A DNA stretch of 64,000 nt from Candidatus Hydrogenedentota bacterium (GTDB taxonomy: Bacteria > Hydrogenedentota > Hydrogenedentia > Hydrogenedentales > SLHB01): the NCBI GenBank assembly GCA_045863295.1, contig BTWA01000004.1:192001-256000 (forward strand), written 5' to 3'. Under the pieces are notes generated by a model, which was not told the origin of the DNA, searched no databases, and was given only the letters and a program-made list of their open reading frames with translations. Below, piece by piece: positions 6,961 through 17,969 of this stretch. Positions within the stretch are counted from its first letter, which is position 1. Every line of letters starts with the position of its first letter. The translations under genes and the position numbers were made by a program.

Positions 6961-9747
6961 TCAGGCGGGCTCCGCCGGCGCTTCATCCGAACTGACAACG
7001 GTTACGGGCGCAATGGTTTCGAGGCCTTCTTTCACTTTGGCCGCGTCGCCAAGCACGACAATCAGCATCTTATCCGGGTGTACCAACGTGGTGGCAATGT
7101 CCTGGACCTGCTCCGGCGTCGTGGCCTTATACCCCTCCACGACCCGCTGCAAATAATCTTTGGGCAGGCCGTTAATCTGAATCTTCCACATCTCGCGCAC
7201 GTTGTCGCCCGGCGTTTCAAGAGCCGAAGGAAATGCGCCAACCAGATAGGACTTGGCCTGCTTCAATTCGGCCTCGGTCGCGGGCTCGGACTGCATGCTT
7301 TTGATGACTTCCAGCAGTCCCTCAACGGTTTCCTTCGTCGTTTCCGTTTTGGTGAACGTACTCGCCATGAACACGCCGCAGAACCGGTAGGGCATGAACG
7401 TGCCGGAGGCGCCGTAGGTCAATCCGCGTTGCACGCGCAAAACGTTGTTCAGACGGCTGCCAAATGAGCCGCCAAAAACCTCCGCGAACACACGCGCCTG
7501 TATGAATTTCGGATGGTCGCGGTTAATTCCTTGCTGCCCCGCGTAGATATTGCTCTGCACGGCGCCCGGCGTGTCCACCAGGACGATGCGCGTAGACTCG
7601 ATCTCCGGAATGGCGGGTAATTTGACCTCCGGCTTCTTTCCTTCCGCTTTCCATGAGGCGAAATGTTTTTCCACTTCGGCAAAGGCCGCGGCCGGATCCA
7701 CGTCGCCCGCGATGTACATGACGCCCGCATCGGGCCGGCCGTGCGATGACCACCAGGCTTTCACTCGATCAAGGGTTACAGCGTCGAATGTGGCCAACTG
7801 GCCGTCGGCGGGCCGGGCATAGGGGTGGTTGCCGAAGTAGTATTTGCGAAACTCCTGCGCGACTTGATAGTGCGGATCGCGCTCCTGCGACGCGAGGTTA
7901 CTCTTCATTTGTCCATGAAGGGTTTTGTACTCATCCTCGGGAAACGTAGGCCGCAACAGGATTTCCGCGGTGAGTTCCAGGGCAAGGGGCAACTTATCCG
8001 CAAGCCCGGAAATGGCAAACGTGGTGGCATCGTTGTCCGCGCCTCCTTCGATGGAAAGGGCATTGGATTCCAGTTTCTCGGCGAGTTCAGTGGACGTATA
8101 GTGTTCGGTGCCTTTGGGCAGCATCCGCGCCGCAAAGTTGGCCACACCGGCGGGGCTATCGGGATCCTGCGACCAGCCGCCGTAATCCAACCCGAGCATC
8201 ACGGAAATGAACGGCACTTCTTTGTTCGGCACTACCACGACCTTAAGCCCGTTTTGAAGCGTCTTTTCTTCAAAAGGCGCCAACGGCAACTCTTCCAGCA
8301 ACCCTTTGACAGGCGGTTCGGAAGGCCATCCGGCGGGCCGTTCGACGCCTGTTTTCTGGTATTCGCGCGTGGGCGGCGCATAGTCTTTGGGATCCCAGCC
8401 TTCGTCCGGGTTGTATTCGAATTCCTTGTTGGGCACGACACTGACAATCGTGCGGCGTTCTTGGGTGAGGTACTTCTTCGCCACGCGTTGAATGTCGTCG
8501 TTAGTCACCGCTTCGATGGCCGCTTGCTCCTGGTTCAGCCAATCGGGGGAGCCATGGTTTACAATCGTATCGCCGATCTCGCGGGCTTTGTCGGCGATGG
8601 TGAGTTGATTAAAGACGATTGATCGCAGCCGTTGATTTTTTGCCTTCTGCAATTCTTCAGGGGTAATACCTTCCGCCTGCACCCGCGCGATGTGCTCGTC
8701 GAGCGCGGCAAAGACCGGCGCGGTCTCACGCTTGCTGAATGGATTCAAGGCCCCGCCAATCGCGAAAACGCCATCTTGCTGCAGAAACACATCAAAAACC
8801 ACTGTTTCCACGCACAGCTTGCGTGTCTTGACCAGGTCGACATTCAGGCGGCTGCTCTCCCCCATGGCCAACACGCTGATTAACAGGCTTAGAGGCACTT
8901 CATCCGGGTGCTTGCTGGCGACGCCGCGAAAGGCATACACGGCCATGGGCACCGGACCCAGCCGTTCCTGCAAGGTAACGGATCGCTCCCCGGTTTGGTC
9001 AGGCTCCACAATGGCGACCGGCTCCGGCTTGGGATACTTGGGCATCCATCCAAAATGACTCTTGGCCGCTTCCAGCGCCTGCTGGTGTGACACGGCGCCG
9101 ACAATGATCAGATTTGCGTTGGAAGGTACGTAATAGGTGTCCCAGAAGTGATGCAATTCGTCGATCTTTGCGGCTTCGAGATGAGCTATACGTCCGATGG
9201 GCGTCCAAAGATACGGATGTTTGGTGAAGATGGCGGGAAGCACACGCTCAAACAGCGTCCCGTACGGGGCGTTCAGGCCAAGCCTGCGCTCTTCCTTCAC
9301 CACGTTGCGTTCGGTTTCGAATCCTTCCTCGTTGATGTTCAGGAAAAGCATGCGTTCCGCTTCGAGCCAAAGCGCCAGATCAAGCTGGTTGGCGGGTACG
9401 GTCTGGTAGTAGTTGGTACGATCAAAATCCGTCGTGCCATTGAGATCGCCGCCAACCGAGTTTATCAATTGAAAATACCCCTCGGGCGGCAAGTTGCTGG
9501 TACCCCGGAACATCATGTGCTCAAACATATGCGCGAAACCCTGGCGATTCGGGTTTTCGTCTTTGGATCCAACGTTGTACCAAACCTGGACGGTCACGAT
9601 CGGACAGGAAAAGTCTTCCATTGTGACTACGCGCAGACCGTTGTCCAAAATCGTCTCTTTGAAATCGAAGGCGGGATCAGCCGATGCCGGCGCTGTAGAG
9701 GCGAGGCACGAAAGAACCAGAGTGGCGACCATGAAAAATCGTTGCAC
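6961..9747 (-). CDS. M16 (pitrilysin/PqqL-like) zinc peptidase, exported
   Basis: GFAHMFEHMMFRG (inverted zincin HxxEH), ERNVVKEE, LRVQRGLTYG; signal peptide after GTG at 9747 with a GGAG SD. Confidence 0.92.
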   Translation of the reverse strand: MQRFFMVATLVLSCLASTAPASADPAFDFKETILDNGLRVVTMEDFSCPIVTVQVWYNVGSKDENPNRQGFAHMFEHMMFRGTSNLPPEGYFQLINSVGGDLNGTTDFDRTNYYQTVPANQLDLALWLEAERMLFLNINEEGFETERNVVKEERRLGLNAPYGTLFERVLPAIFTKHPYLWTPIGRIAHLEAAKIDELHHFWDTYYVPSNANLIIVGAVSHQQALEAAKSHFGWMPKYPKPEPVAIVEPDQTGERSVTLQERLGPVPMAVYAFRGVASKHPDEVPLSLLISVLAMGESSRLNVDLVKTRKLCVETVVFDVFLQQDGVFAIGGALNPFSKRETAPVFAALDEHIARVQAEGITPEELQKAKNQRLRSIVFNQLTIADKAREIGDTIVNHGSPDWLNQEQAAIEAVTNDDIQRVAKKYLTQERRTIVSVVPNKEFEYNPDEGWDPKDYAPPTREYQKTGVERPAGWPSEPPVKGLLEELPLAPFEEKTLQNGLKVVVVPNKEVPFISVMLGLDYGGWSQDPDSPAGVANFAARMLPKGTEHYTSTELAEKLESNALSIEGGADNDATTFAISGLADKLPLALELTAEILLRPTFPEDEYKTLHGQMKSNLASQERDPHYQVAQEFRKYYFGNHPYARPADGQLATFDAVTLDRVKAWWSSHGRPDAGVMYIAGDVDPAAAFAEVEKHFASWKAEGKKPEVKLPAIPEIESTRIVLVDTPGAVQSNIYAGQQGINRDHPKFIQARVFAEVFGGSFGSRLNNVLRVQRGLTYGASGTFMPYRFCGVFMASTFTKTETTKETVEGLLEVIKSMQSEPATEAELKQAKSYLVGAFPSALETPGDNVREMWKIQINGLPKDYLQRVVEGYKATTPEQVQDIATTLVHPDKMLIVVLGDAAKVKEGLETIAPVTVVSSDEAPAEPA

Positions 9748-9927
9748 CGGAATGTCTCCCAGGTTGGACGGAAATCGGCAGCCCTTTGCCGCAAGCCCTA
9801 TCGACAGGCGCAATTATGATGGGACCCGAACACGAACGCAAGACGCGAAACCGCGGAAACAACCGCGGTCCGCAGACACCACCGGAGCATCTCGCCGGGA
9901 GGAAACAGGTCTGTCTGTCCGGCCGGT

Positions 9928-10995
9928 TTACCGGATTTCCAGCATCCGGTCAATGGAGACTCGGGCGCGCTTGATAAGGTCTTCCGGCAATTCGATTTTG
10001 TATTGGATTTTCCGCAATGCTTCGAGCGTATCTTCGAGCGTAATTTGGTTCATGTGGGGGCAGCGGATACTGCACAATCGGACAATATCCTTATTCGGGT
10101 ATTCCGCCATGATGTTGTCGCCCATGCTGCATTCGGTCAGCAACAGCAACTGGTTGGCTTCGGTCTTATTGATGAACTCGATCATCTGTTTCGTGCTGCC
10201 CGCGTAATCCACCTCGTCGATGACTTCGGGGCTGCATTCCGGGTGTGCCAGAATGGTCACCTCCGGGAACTGCCGGCGCACGTTGTGCACATCGCCGACG
10301 GTAAATTGATCGTGCACTTCGCATCGCACGTTCCAGCCGATAACACATGTATCGGCGGCCGGTTCGGGCATTCTTCCTCGCGAAGCAAGCGTAAATGGGA
10401 TCTCCAATTCATGCGCGGTGTTGCGCGCAAGAAATTCGTCGGGCAGAAACACAATCGTCTTGTGGCCTTTGGCCAACAGGTGCTGAACCACTTTGCTCGC
10501 ATTGCCCGACGTGCAGCAATAGTCCGCCTCGGCCTTCACGTCCGCGTAGGTGTTCACGTAGGTAACGACAACGCATCCGGGATAGGCTTCGCGCAAGGCT
10601 TTTACGTCGTCCGCGGAGATGCCCGCGGCAAGGGAACAGCCCGCCTTCTTTGATGGAATGAGAACGGTCTTGCCCGGATTCAAAATCTTTGCTGTTTCCG
10701 CCATGAACTGCACACCGCAGAACAAGATAATATCGGCCGGCGTTGTAGCCGAAATCCGGGATAACTCCAGGGAATCCCCGGTATAGTCGGGCACGGAATG
10801 GAACAACGCCGGTTCCATATAATTGTGACCCAGAATCACGGCGTTCAGTTCACGCTTCAGACGGTTGATTTCATACGCCAGTTCGGCCTTAATGCGGATT
10901 TCCACTTCAGGCACGACCCTGCGAAGCTTAGCCTCCATGCGAACCTGCGTTTCCTGCAGGCTTGGGGCATCCTGAACCAACAATGACTGTGACAT
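9928..10995 (-). CDS. nadA: Quinolinate synthase
   Basis: ILGHNY, GDSLELS, FCGVQFMAETAKILNP, AGCSLA, YVNT, CEVH, AHPEC, CPHMNQITL. Confidence 0.96.
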   Translation of the reverse strand: MSQSLLVQDAPSLQETQVRMEAKLRRVVPEVEIRIKAELAYEINRLKRELNAVILGHNYMEPALFHSVPDYTGDSLELSRISATTPADIILFCGVQFMAETAKILNPGKTVLIPSKKAGCSLAAGISADDVKALREAYPGCVVVTYVNTYADVKAEADYCCTSGNASKVVQHLLAKGHKTIVFLPDEFLARNTAHELEIPFTLASRGRMPEPAADTCVIGWNVRCEVHDQFTVGDVHNVRRQFPEVTILAHPECSPEVIDEVDYAGSTKQMIEFINKTEANQLLLLTECSMGDNIMAEYPNKDIVRLCSIRCPHMNQITLEDTLEALRKIQYKIELPEDLIKRARVSIDRMLEIR

Positions 10996-11229
10996 AGCGC
11001 TCCGACTTTCTTACGCCGGGAGCGGCCGGCGTAGGGCTCCATACCTGAAGCCAACTCCGCATTTCCCGTAGAAATGCGCCGAAGGACGGATCAAGTGTAC
11101 TCCTACCTATAGCATACCAAGCATACCGGCTCTTCATCAATCGGTGATTTTGGCAATTCTCGCCCGTTCCGGCACGCACCGAATAGAGGGCAGGAGCTTC
11201 ATACGAGAAAACGCGGCGGAGAAACGAAC

Positions 11230-11682
11230 CTATTCCGTGGAGGCGACTTCGCCTTTGCCTTCCAAGGCATTCAACATGGCATACCAAGCCAGGGTGGCAC
11301 ACTTTATGCGCACGGGATACTCGCGCACCCCGCTGAAAACCATTAACTTTCCCAAGTCCGCTTCGCTCAATTCTTTGTCGGGCTCGGAGGTCACCATATG
11401 GTGAAATTTGACGAACATATCGTGCGCCTCTTTGGCCGTCTTGCCCTTGACCAATGTGGTCATCAACGAAGCGGACGATTTCGAAATGGCGCAGCCATTG
11501 CCCTGGAAGCTGATGTCGTCGATCCTATCGCCGTTCATTTTCAGGAAAATGGTGAACTGATCGCCACAGAGGGGATTGAATCCTTTGACCTCGTGATCGG
11601 GATTCTCGATGGCACGAAAGTTCCTCGGCGTCTTGTTGTGTTCCAAGATAACTTGTTCGTACAACGCGCGATTCTGGGTCAT
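11230..11682 (-). CDS. sufU: SUF-system Fe-S scaffold/sulfur transfer protein SufU
   Basis: LYEQVILEH, NPLCGD, GCAISKSSAS, RIKCATLAW; TGATG overlap with sufS. Confidence 0.93.
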   Translation of the reverse strand: MTQNRALYEQVILEHNKTPRNFRAIENPDHEVKGFNPLCGDQFTIFLKMNGDRIDDISFQGNGCAISKSSASLMTTLVKGKTAKEAHDMFVKFHHMVTSEPDKELSEADLGKLMVFSGVREYPVRIKCATLAWYAMLNALEGKGEVASTE

Positions 11683-12983
11683 CACCCAAAGACCTCTTTT
11701 ACCCGATCGATGGCTTTCGCCACCGCATCAAGCTCGCTTTTGGTGTTGTAGAATGCGAGCGAGATGCGCGCGGTGGCTGGCACGCCGAATCGCTGCATGA
11801 CCGGCTGCGCGCAATGGTGTCCGGCGCGGATGGCAATACCCATCTCGTCAAATATCTGGCCAATATCGTGAGGATGAGCGGCATCCATGGTGAACGACAG
11901 CACGGACGCTTTGTTGCGCGCGGTGCCAATCAGCTGGACTCCTTCAATGCCGCCGAGAATATCTGTCCCGTATTGGGTCAAATCGAGTTCGTACGATCCG
12001 ATTCGATCCATCCCGATGGATTCAAGAAAGTCAATGGCGGCACCCATACCGATGGCGCCGGCAATGTTGGGGGTACCGGCTTCGAACCGGTAAGGCGGCT
12101 TGTTGTACGTCGTCTTTTCAAAGGTGACCGACAAGATCATGTCGCCGCCGCCCATGTAGGGAGGCATGGCTTCCAACAGGGGGGCTTTCCCAAACAAGAA
12201 ACCAATACCCGTCGGTCCGCAGAACTTGTGGCCGGAACCCACGTAGAAATCGCAGTCCAAATCCTGCACATCGACTTTCAGATGAGGCAACGCTTGTGCG
12301 CCATCCAACAGCACTACCGCACCGGCGGCGTGGGCTTTTTCGGTCAATGACTTCACGGGATTGATGGTTCCCAACGCATTGGAAACATGGTTCAACGCGA
12401 CCAGTTTCACTTTGCCGGTGAGCAACGTGTCAAAGGCGTCCAGGTCCAGTTCACCCGCGTCAGTAATGGGGCATACGCGCAATGTCGCACCGGTCTGCTC
12501 ACAGACCATCTGCCACGGCACGATGTTGGAATGGTGCTCCATGTGCGTAATCAACACTTCGTCGCCGGCCTTGAGGCGCTGGCGCGCGTAGCTTTGGGCC
12601 ACGAGGTTGATCGCTTCGGTGGCGCCGCGGGTGAACACAATTTCGCACCCGACAACCGCATTGATGAACTGCTGCACCTTTTTGCGGGCGTTTTCGTATT
12701 CGGCGGTCGCGACCTGGCTCAGGTAATGGACGCCCCGATGCACATTTGCATTCTGGCTCTCGTAGTAGGCTTTCACCGCATTGATTACAGAGTGAGGCTT
12801 TTGGCTGGTCGCGGCGTTGTCAAAATAGACAAGGGGGCGTCCTTTGCGAACCATGCCGAGGATCGGAAACTGCGATCGGATGCTTTCTATTTCAGCGTCC
12901 GACAACGCTCCGCCCGCCTGCGCCTTGGGCTGGCGGGAAGTTTCAGTAGTTATGACTCGTTCCGTCAAAATGTCACCACGCAT
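11682..12983 (-). CDS. sufS: Cysteine desulfurase SufS
   Basis: YFDNAATSQKP, EHHSN, SGHK (PLP Lys), RFEAGTP, RAGHHCAQP. Confidence 0.96.
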   Translation of the reverse strand: MRGDILTERVITTETSRQPKAQAGGALSDAEIESIRSQFPILGMVRKGRPLVYFDNAATSQKPHSVINAVKAYYESQNANVHRGVHYLSQVATAEYENARKKVQQFINAVVGCEIVFTRGATEAINLVAQSYARQRLKAGDEVLITHMEHHSNIVPWQMVCEQTGATLRVCPITDAGELDLDAFDTLLTGKVKLVALNHVSNALGTINPVKSLTEKAHAAGAVVLLDGAQALPHLKVDVQDLDCDFYVGSGHKFCGPTGIGFLFGKAPLLEAMPPYMGGGDMILSVTFEKTTYNKPPYRFEAGTPNIAGAIGMGAAIDFLESIGMDRIGSYELDLTQYGTDILGGIEGVQLIGTARNKASVLSFTMDAAHPHDIGQIFDEMGIAIRAGHHCAQPVMQRFGVPATARISLAFYNTKSELDAVAKAIDRVKEVFG

Positions 12984-13012
12984 GGCGGTAAACCTCGTTT
13001 CGAGGCGCGCCC

Positions 13013-14344
13013 TTAAGCTTCGATAGGACTATACCGATCAAAGACCGATTTTTCGAGGTACTTTCGAAGGGGCTCGACCTCCAGTTCCCGCACGACTTCG
13101 TCGGCAAACCCGTACGTGAGCATGGCTCTCGCCATGTCTTCGGCGATTCCTCGCGTGCGGAAGTAATAGATTTGCTGGGGTTCATGCTGGCCGATGGTGG
13201 CCCCGTGGGTACACTTCACATCATCGGCATATATCTCAAGCTGCGGCTTGGTGTCCGCCGTCGCCTTATCGGACAGCAACAAATTCTGGTTGAGTTGGTT
13301 TGAGTCCGTCTTCTGCGCATGGGGACGAACGAACACTTTTCCCGTGAACACGGAATGGCTCTTGTCCGCCAGGACGCCCTTGTAGCCAATATAGCTGGAA
13401 CAATGAGGCTTGGCGTGCTCTATATGCGTGTAGTTGTCGATCAATTCTTCGTTCTGTGCGAGGTACAACCCGTTCAACAAGGTTTCCGCGCCTTCACCAT
13501 CGAGCAAAACGGACAATTCGTTGCGCGCAATATTGCCACCCAGGAAAATGGAAAACGACTTGAAATTGCTGTCCCGGTGCTGGCGCACTTTCATGGCAGA
13601 CAAATGATATCCATTGGGTGCTTCGTGCAGCACTTTGTAAAACTGGAGACGGGCCCCGTCTTGCAACTCTGCTTCGGTCACTACGTTGTTCAGGTAGGCC
13701 GCGTCCCCACCGAGATTGACATAGCTTTCAATGACGACCGACTCGCTATCGCGTCCGGCGACAATGAGATTGCGGGGATGGTGGGCCGCCGGACATTCCT
13801 GACGCGTTGTGATGTAAACAAGATGAATGGGGCTGGTTGCCTTCCTGCCGGGTTCAATGCGTATGTACGCCCCGTCTATCAGGAATGCCGAATTCAGGGC
13901 GCCGAAAACCCCTCCGGAACCGTTCAGCACCGCATTCAGGCAGGGCGCCAATTCGGCCTCGCGCGTGTCCAAAGCCTGCGCGATATTGGCCGCGATCACA
14001 CCCTCACACACCGTTGAACGCGACAAAGCGGGCGCATAAAAACCATTCACAAAAACCAGCGTAGTCCAGTCCGATCCGCCCAGAAGAAACGGGGCCACGT
14101 CGGACGCGGACAACCCATGCACGGCCGGCTCGGTCGGCGAGACAAATGCCGTGCGAAGTATCGGATTCACGTTGGTAAAACGCCACTCCTCCATGCGACG
14201 GCTCGGAAGAGGCATCTCGGCAAACCGTGCCGCGCCATTTTCTCGTATCGACTTAACCCATGCGGGCGCCGGCAGCGTGGACGCTTTTTCCATCGCCGTC
14301 AGGAAGTGGCTTTTGTCGTTTTGTGTGGACTGAACCAGCGTCAT
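13013..14344 (-). CDS. sufD: Fe-S assembly protein SufD
   Basis: EEWRFT, KPQLEIYADDVKCTHGATIG, YFRTRGI. Confidence 0.95.
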   Translation of the reverse strand: MTLVQSTQNDKSHFLTAMEKASTLPAPAWVKSIRENGAARFAEMPLPSRRMEEWRFTNVNPILRTAFVSPTEPAVHGLSASDVAPFLLGGSDWTTLVFVNGFYAPALSRSTVCEGVIAANIAQALDTREAELAPCLNAVLNGSGGVFGALNSAFLIDGAYIRIEPGRKATSPIHLVYITTRQECPAAHHPRNLIVAGRDSESVVIESYVNLGGDAAYLNNVVTEAELQDGARLQFYKVLHEAPNGYHLSAMKVRQHRDSNFKSFSIFLGGNIARNELSVLLDGEGAETLLNGLYLAQNEELIDNYTHIEHAKPHCSSYIGYKGVLADKSHSVFTGKVFVRPHAQKTDSNQLNQNLLLSDKATADTKPQLEIYADDVKCTHGATIGQHEPQQIYYFRTRGIAEDMARAMLTYGFADEVVRELEVEPLRKYLEKSVFDRYSPIEA

Positions 14345-14360
14345 TGGATCCCGAGTCTCC

Positions 14361-15119
14361 TTACACGCTCGCAGGGACCGACTCGCGGACCCAGTCGTAG
14401 CCTTTTTCCTCGAGTTCCAACGCCAACTCCTTGCCGCCGGACTTCACGATCTTTCCCTGCACGAGGACGTGCACATAATCCGGCACTATATAGTTGAGGA
14501 GACGTTGATAGTGCGTAACCACAATGAATGCACGATCGGCGGACCGCAAGCGGTTCACGCCTTCGGAGACTATCTTCAGTGCGTCGATATCAAGGCCGGA
14601 ATCGGTTTCATCCAGAATGGCCAGCTTGGGTTCCATTACCGCCAACTGGAGGATTTCGTTCCGCTTCTTTTCGCCGCCGGAAAAACCATCGTTAACCGGG
14701 CGGCCGGCAAAGCCATGGTCGATCGCCACCAAATCCATCTTCTCACGCAACAGCTCGCGAAAGTCCATTGTGTCGAGTTCTTCAATGCCGTGGCTCTTGC
14801 GAATCTCATTCAGCGCCGCATGAAGAAAGTATTCGTTCGTGATGCCCGGAATCTCGACTGGATATTGAAACGCCAGAAACAACCCCAGTCGCGCGCGCTC
14901 CTCGGCAGGCATTTCCAGCAAATCCTGCCCCAGAAAGGTGACTGAACCGTCGGTGGGTTCATATTCTTCATTGCCCGCGAGGACTTGAGCCAAGGTGCTC
15001 TTGCCCGACCCGTTGGGCCCCATGATGGCGTGTACTTCACCCGGATTCACATTTAACGACACGCCGCGCAGAATCTGATTCCCTTCCACGCTAGCGTGCA
15101 GATTGCTGATTTCCAACAT
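14361..15119 (-). CDS. sufC: Fe-S assembly ATPase SufC
   Basis: GPNGSGKS, FQYPVEIPG, GFSGGEKKRNEI, LDETDSGLDIDAL. Confidence 0.97.
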   Translation of the reverse strand: MLEISNLHASVEGNQILRGVSLNVNPGEVHAIMGPNGSGKSTLAQVLAGNEEYEPTDGSVTFLGQDLLEMPAEERARLGLFLAFQYPVEIPGITNEYFLHAALNEIRKSHGIEELDTMDFRELLREKMDLVAIDHGFAGRPVNDGFSGGEKKRNEILQLAVMEPKLAILDETDSGLDIDALKIVSEGVNRLRSADRAFIVVTHYQRLLNYIVPDYVHVLVQGKIVKSGGKELALELEEKGYDWVRESVPASV

Positions 15120-16621
15120 CAACCGACACTCCCTTCCAAACTCACACCCAGCAGTTTTGTCGCCTCAACGGCAAATTCCATGGGCAGGTGATCGAATACT
15201 TCCTTGCAAAAACCATTCACCACCATGGAAATGGCATCTTCCGTTCCAATACCGCGCTGCTTGCAGTAAAACAGTTGATCTTCACTGATCTTGGAGGTAG
15301 ACGCCTCGTGCTCCACCCGCGACGATCGGTTCCGCACCTCGATGTACGGAAATGTATGCGCGCCGCACTGATCGCCGATGAGCAGCGAATCGCATTGAGT
15401 GTAGTTCCGGCCGTTTTCGGCCTTGGGCATCATCAACACCTGGCCGCGGTAACTGTTGTTGCCATGGCCCGCGGATATCGTTTTCGAGATGATCGTGCTC
15501 TTGGTGTTCTTGCCCATATGGATCATTTTCGTGCCGGTATCCGCCTGCTGATATTTGTTGCTCACAGCGACGCTGTAAAACTCGCCCTTCGAATTGTCGC
15601 CCTGAAGGATGCAACTTGGATACTTCCACGTGATCGCGGATCCCGTTTCCACCTGCGTCCATGAAATGCGGGAATTGCGGCCCGCGCACTTGCCGCGCTT
15701 GGTCACGAAATTGTAAATGCCGCCCTTGCCTGTGTCGTCTCCGGCATACCAGTTCTGCACAGTCGAATAATTGATGTTCGCATCGTCAAGCGCAACCAAT
15801 TCCACGACGGCCGCATGTAACTGATTTTCATCGCGCATGGGTGCCGTGCACCCTTCCAGGTAATTCACGAACGCGCCCGGCTCAGCCACAATCAACGTGC
15901 GTTCGAACTGGCCCGTTTCGGCGGCGTTGATGCGAAAATACGTGGAAAGATCCATCGGGCATCGAACGCCCTGTGGAATGTAACAGAACGATCCGTCGCT
16001 GAATACGGCCGAATTCAATGCTGCGTAAAAATTGTCGTTCGCCGGAACAACGGAGCCCAGCCATTTGCGCACCAGTTCCGGGTGTTCCTTCACGGCTTCC
16101 GAAAACGAACAGAATATAACGCCTTTCTTGGACAGAATTTCGCGGTGGGTCGTGGCGACCGAAACGCTGTCGAACACGGCGTCTACAGCGACTCCCGCCA
16201 GGCGCTTTTGCTCGTCCAGGGGGATGCCCAGTTTGGCAAAGGTCTCCAGGAGTTCTTTGTCCACTTCATCAAGGCTGTTCAGCGGCTTCTTCTTGTCCCG
16301 CTTCGGCTCGGCGTAGTAACGCTGTTGCTGAAAATCGATGGGCGGATACTTCACATTGGGCCATCTCGGCTCTTCCATGGTCAGCCACTGATGAAATGCG
16401 TTCATCCGCCATTCGAGCAGCCAACCCGGCTCTTCCTTTTTCGCGGAAATCAGCCGAATCACGTCTTCATTCAGCCCACGATCAATCGTCTCCGTCTCGA
16501 TCGCGGTGGACCAGCCGTACTTGTACGACTGGTTGGCCAATTCCGCCACTTCGCGATTGCTCTGCTCGACGCGCGTACCGAGGTATTTGGCGTCTTTCAG
16601 TGTATTTTCAGGTTCGATCAT
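15119..16621 (-). CDS. sufB: Fe-S assembly protein SufB
   Basis: [47 protein letters not shown]. Start placed at ATG 16621. Confidence 0.96.
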   Translation of the reverse strand: MIEPENTLKDAKYLGTRVEQSNREVAELANQSYKYGWSTAIETETIDRGLNEDVIRLISAKKEEPGWLLEWRMNAFHQWLTMEEPRWPNVKYPPIDFQQQRYYAEPKRDKKKPLNSLDEVDKELLETFAKLGIPLDEQKRLAGVAVDAVFDSVSVATTHREILSKKGVIFCSFSEAVKEHPELVRKWLGSVVPANDNFYAALNSAVFSDGSFCYIPQGVRCPMDLSTYFRINAAETGQFERTLIVAEPGAFVNYLEGCTAPMRDENQLHAAVVELVALDDANINYSTVQNWYAGDDTGKGGIYNFVTKRGKCAGRNSRISWTQVETGSAITWKYPSCILQGDNSKGEFYSVAVSNKYQQADTGTKMIHMGKNTKSTIISKTISAGHGNNSYRGQVLMMPKAENGRNYTQCDSLLIGDQCGAHTFPYIEVRNRSSRVEHEASTSKISEDQLFYCKQRGIGTEDAISMVVNGFCKEVFDHLPMEFAVEATKLLGVSLEGSVG

Positions 16622-16948
16622 GACTGCTCGCGATTTCCTTCGGCTAGTTACCTGCCCGCCCTTTGTGTCAACAACGAAAAGCAGCGGATCCAATCCCCGC
16701 AAGGGAGGATCCGGCGCCGTGCACAGCCCGTGGCAGGCAATCGGATGCCTTCGCGGCAACGGCCCGAAGCAGGTGGCCCGGGCGTCTCAAGACGGGAAAA
16801 CTTGGAACGTCTTTACAGCCCATGCTTCCCTTGCACACCATTCCGCGCCCCTACGACGCCCCGCGGGTCTCCAAGGGAACAAGCCCACCTACAGCCCTAT
16901 TCCCCATGGCTTTCCGCATCCAAATGGCGCATACGCCCGATCCGAGAA

Positions 16949-16957
16949 ACTATAGCA
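16949..16957 (-). promoter_or_regulatory. Extended -10 element (TGcTATAGT), candidate suf promoter
   Basis: Minus strand TGCTATAGT about 330 nt upstream of sufB. Confidence 0.4.
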
Positions 16958-17005
16958 TAAACAGGCCAGCGGCCTCCACCGATCGACCCCGAATAGACGC
17001 GGCCA

Positions 17006-17713
17006 TCATACTTGGGAAATCCGCTCCGGTAGTTCTTCCAGTGAACTTATTTCGAACGGGTTAGCCCCGCTCTTCGGCCCGCGGTTAATCCAAAACGCTT
17101 CCAATCCCGCTGATTTGGCGGCTGAGATGTCGTTTTCCCATTCGTCGCCCACATGAACATAATCGCCCGGCCGTCCCCCCAGCAGGTGGACTAGCGTCTC
17201 GAAGAACCTGGGATCCGGCTTGCTCCAGCCCAAGTCCGCCGAGGTGTGCACAGAGCGAAAAAACGGGGCGAGTTCTGTGGCTGTGATAAGTCTCGGCAGG
17301 CGGGAATCCCAATTGGACGCCACGGCACACCGAATGCCTAACTGGTTCAAGCGAGAGAGCGCCGGTCGCACGTCGTCATATACGTGCCAGGGGCCGGCTT
17401 CCGCGAATGCGTCGAACAGCGCATCAAAAAAGAGCCCAAATGCACTTCCGAAACCGGTGAGGAGGTTGGCCGAGTCAAATACCCGTTGGACCAAGGAATA
17501 CCACCATTCCCGTTCGATTTGTTCCGAGGTGTGAAATGGCGAAACGCCGCCGGAAGCGGTTCGCATGTCCGCATAGGCTTCTTTAAAGGCCTTATTCAGG
17601 ACAGCGGGGTCCGATTCCACCCCGTAACGGGCGGCGTGGGCCGCGTAGACATGGCCCACCGACGGGTCAACCCGCAGTAGGGTACCGGCAGCGTCGAAGA
17701 GCAGGGTGGTCAT
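17006..17713 (-). CDS. HAD-IA family hydrolase (REG-2/HDHD3-like)
   Basis: LLFDAAGTL, ASNWD, KPDPRFF, HVGDEWEND. Confidence 0.92.
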   Translation of the reverse strand: MTTLLFDAAGTLLRVDPSVGHVYAAHAARYGVESDPAVLNKAFKEAYADMRTASGGVSPFHTSEQIEREWWYSLVQRVFDSANLLTGFGSAFGLFFDALFDAFAEAGPWHVYDDVRPALSRLNQLGIRCAVASNWDSRLPRLITATELAPFFRSVHTSADLGWSKPDPRFFETLVHLLGGRPGDYVHVGDEWENDISAAKSAGLEAFWINRGPKSGANPFEISSLEELPERISQV

Positions 17714-17737
17714 TTACAGGCGACCTGATTGGAAGTG

Positions 17738-17777
17738 AAAAAGCAAAAGGAGTGCGCGCCCATAGGGAACGCACTCC
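17738..17777 (-). terminator. Intrinsic terminator of the 35-aa gene
   Basis: Stem GGAGTGCG/CGCACTCC followed by TTTTGCTTTTT on the minus strand. Confidence 0.75.
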
Positions 17778-17810
17778 CGAAAATCTCGATCTGGAAAAAA
17801 CGGTCAGGTG

Positions 17811-17918
17811 TTAGAACGGCAACGAAATGCCCGCCGCACCCAACGCCGCCAGAACCCAATTCAGAATCCAGAGAAACAGCGTGTAACCGACTTCACCCAA
17901 AAATGCGCCAGCGTCCAT
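17811..17918 (-). CDS. 35-aa single-helix hydrophobic small protein
   Basis: MDAGAFLGEVGYTLFLWILNWVLAALGAAGISLPF; perfect AGGAGG 9 nt upstream, with its own promoter and terminator. Confidence 0.7.
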   Translation of the reverse strand: MDAGAFLGEVGYTLFLWILNWVLAALGAAGISLPF

Positions 17919-17969
17919 GTCTAATGTCCTCCTTTTCGCAAAACGCTCTTCGCAATCCAACGTCACGAT

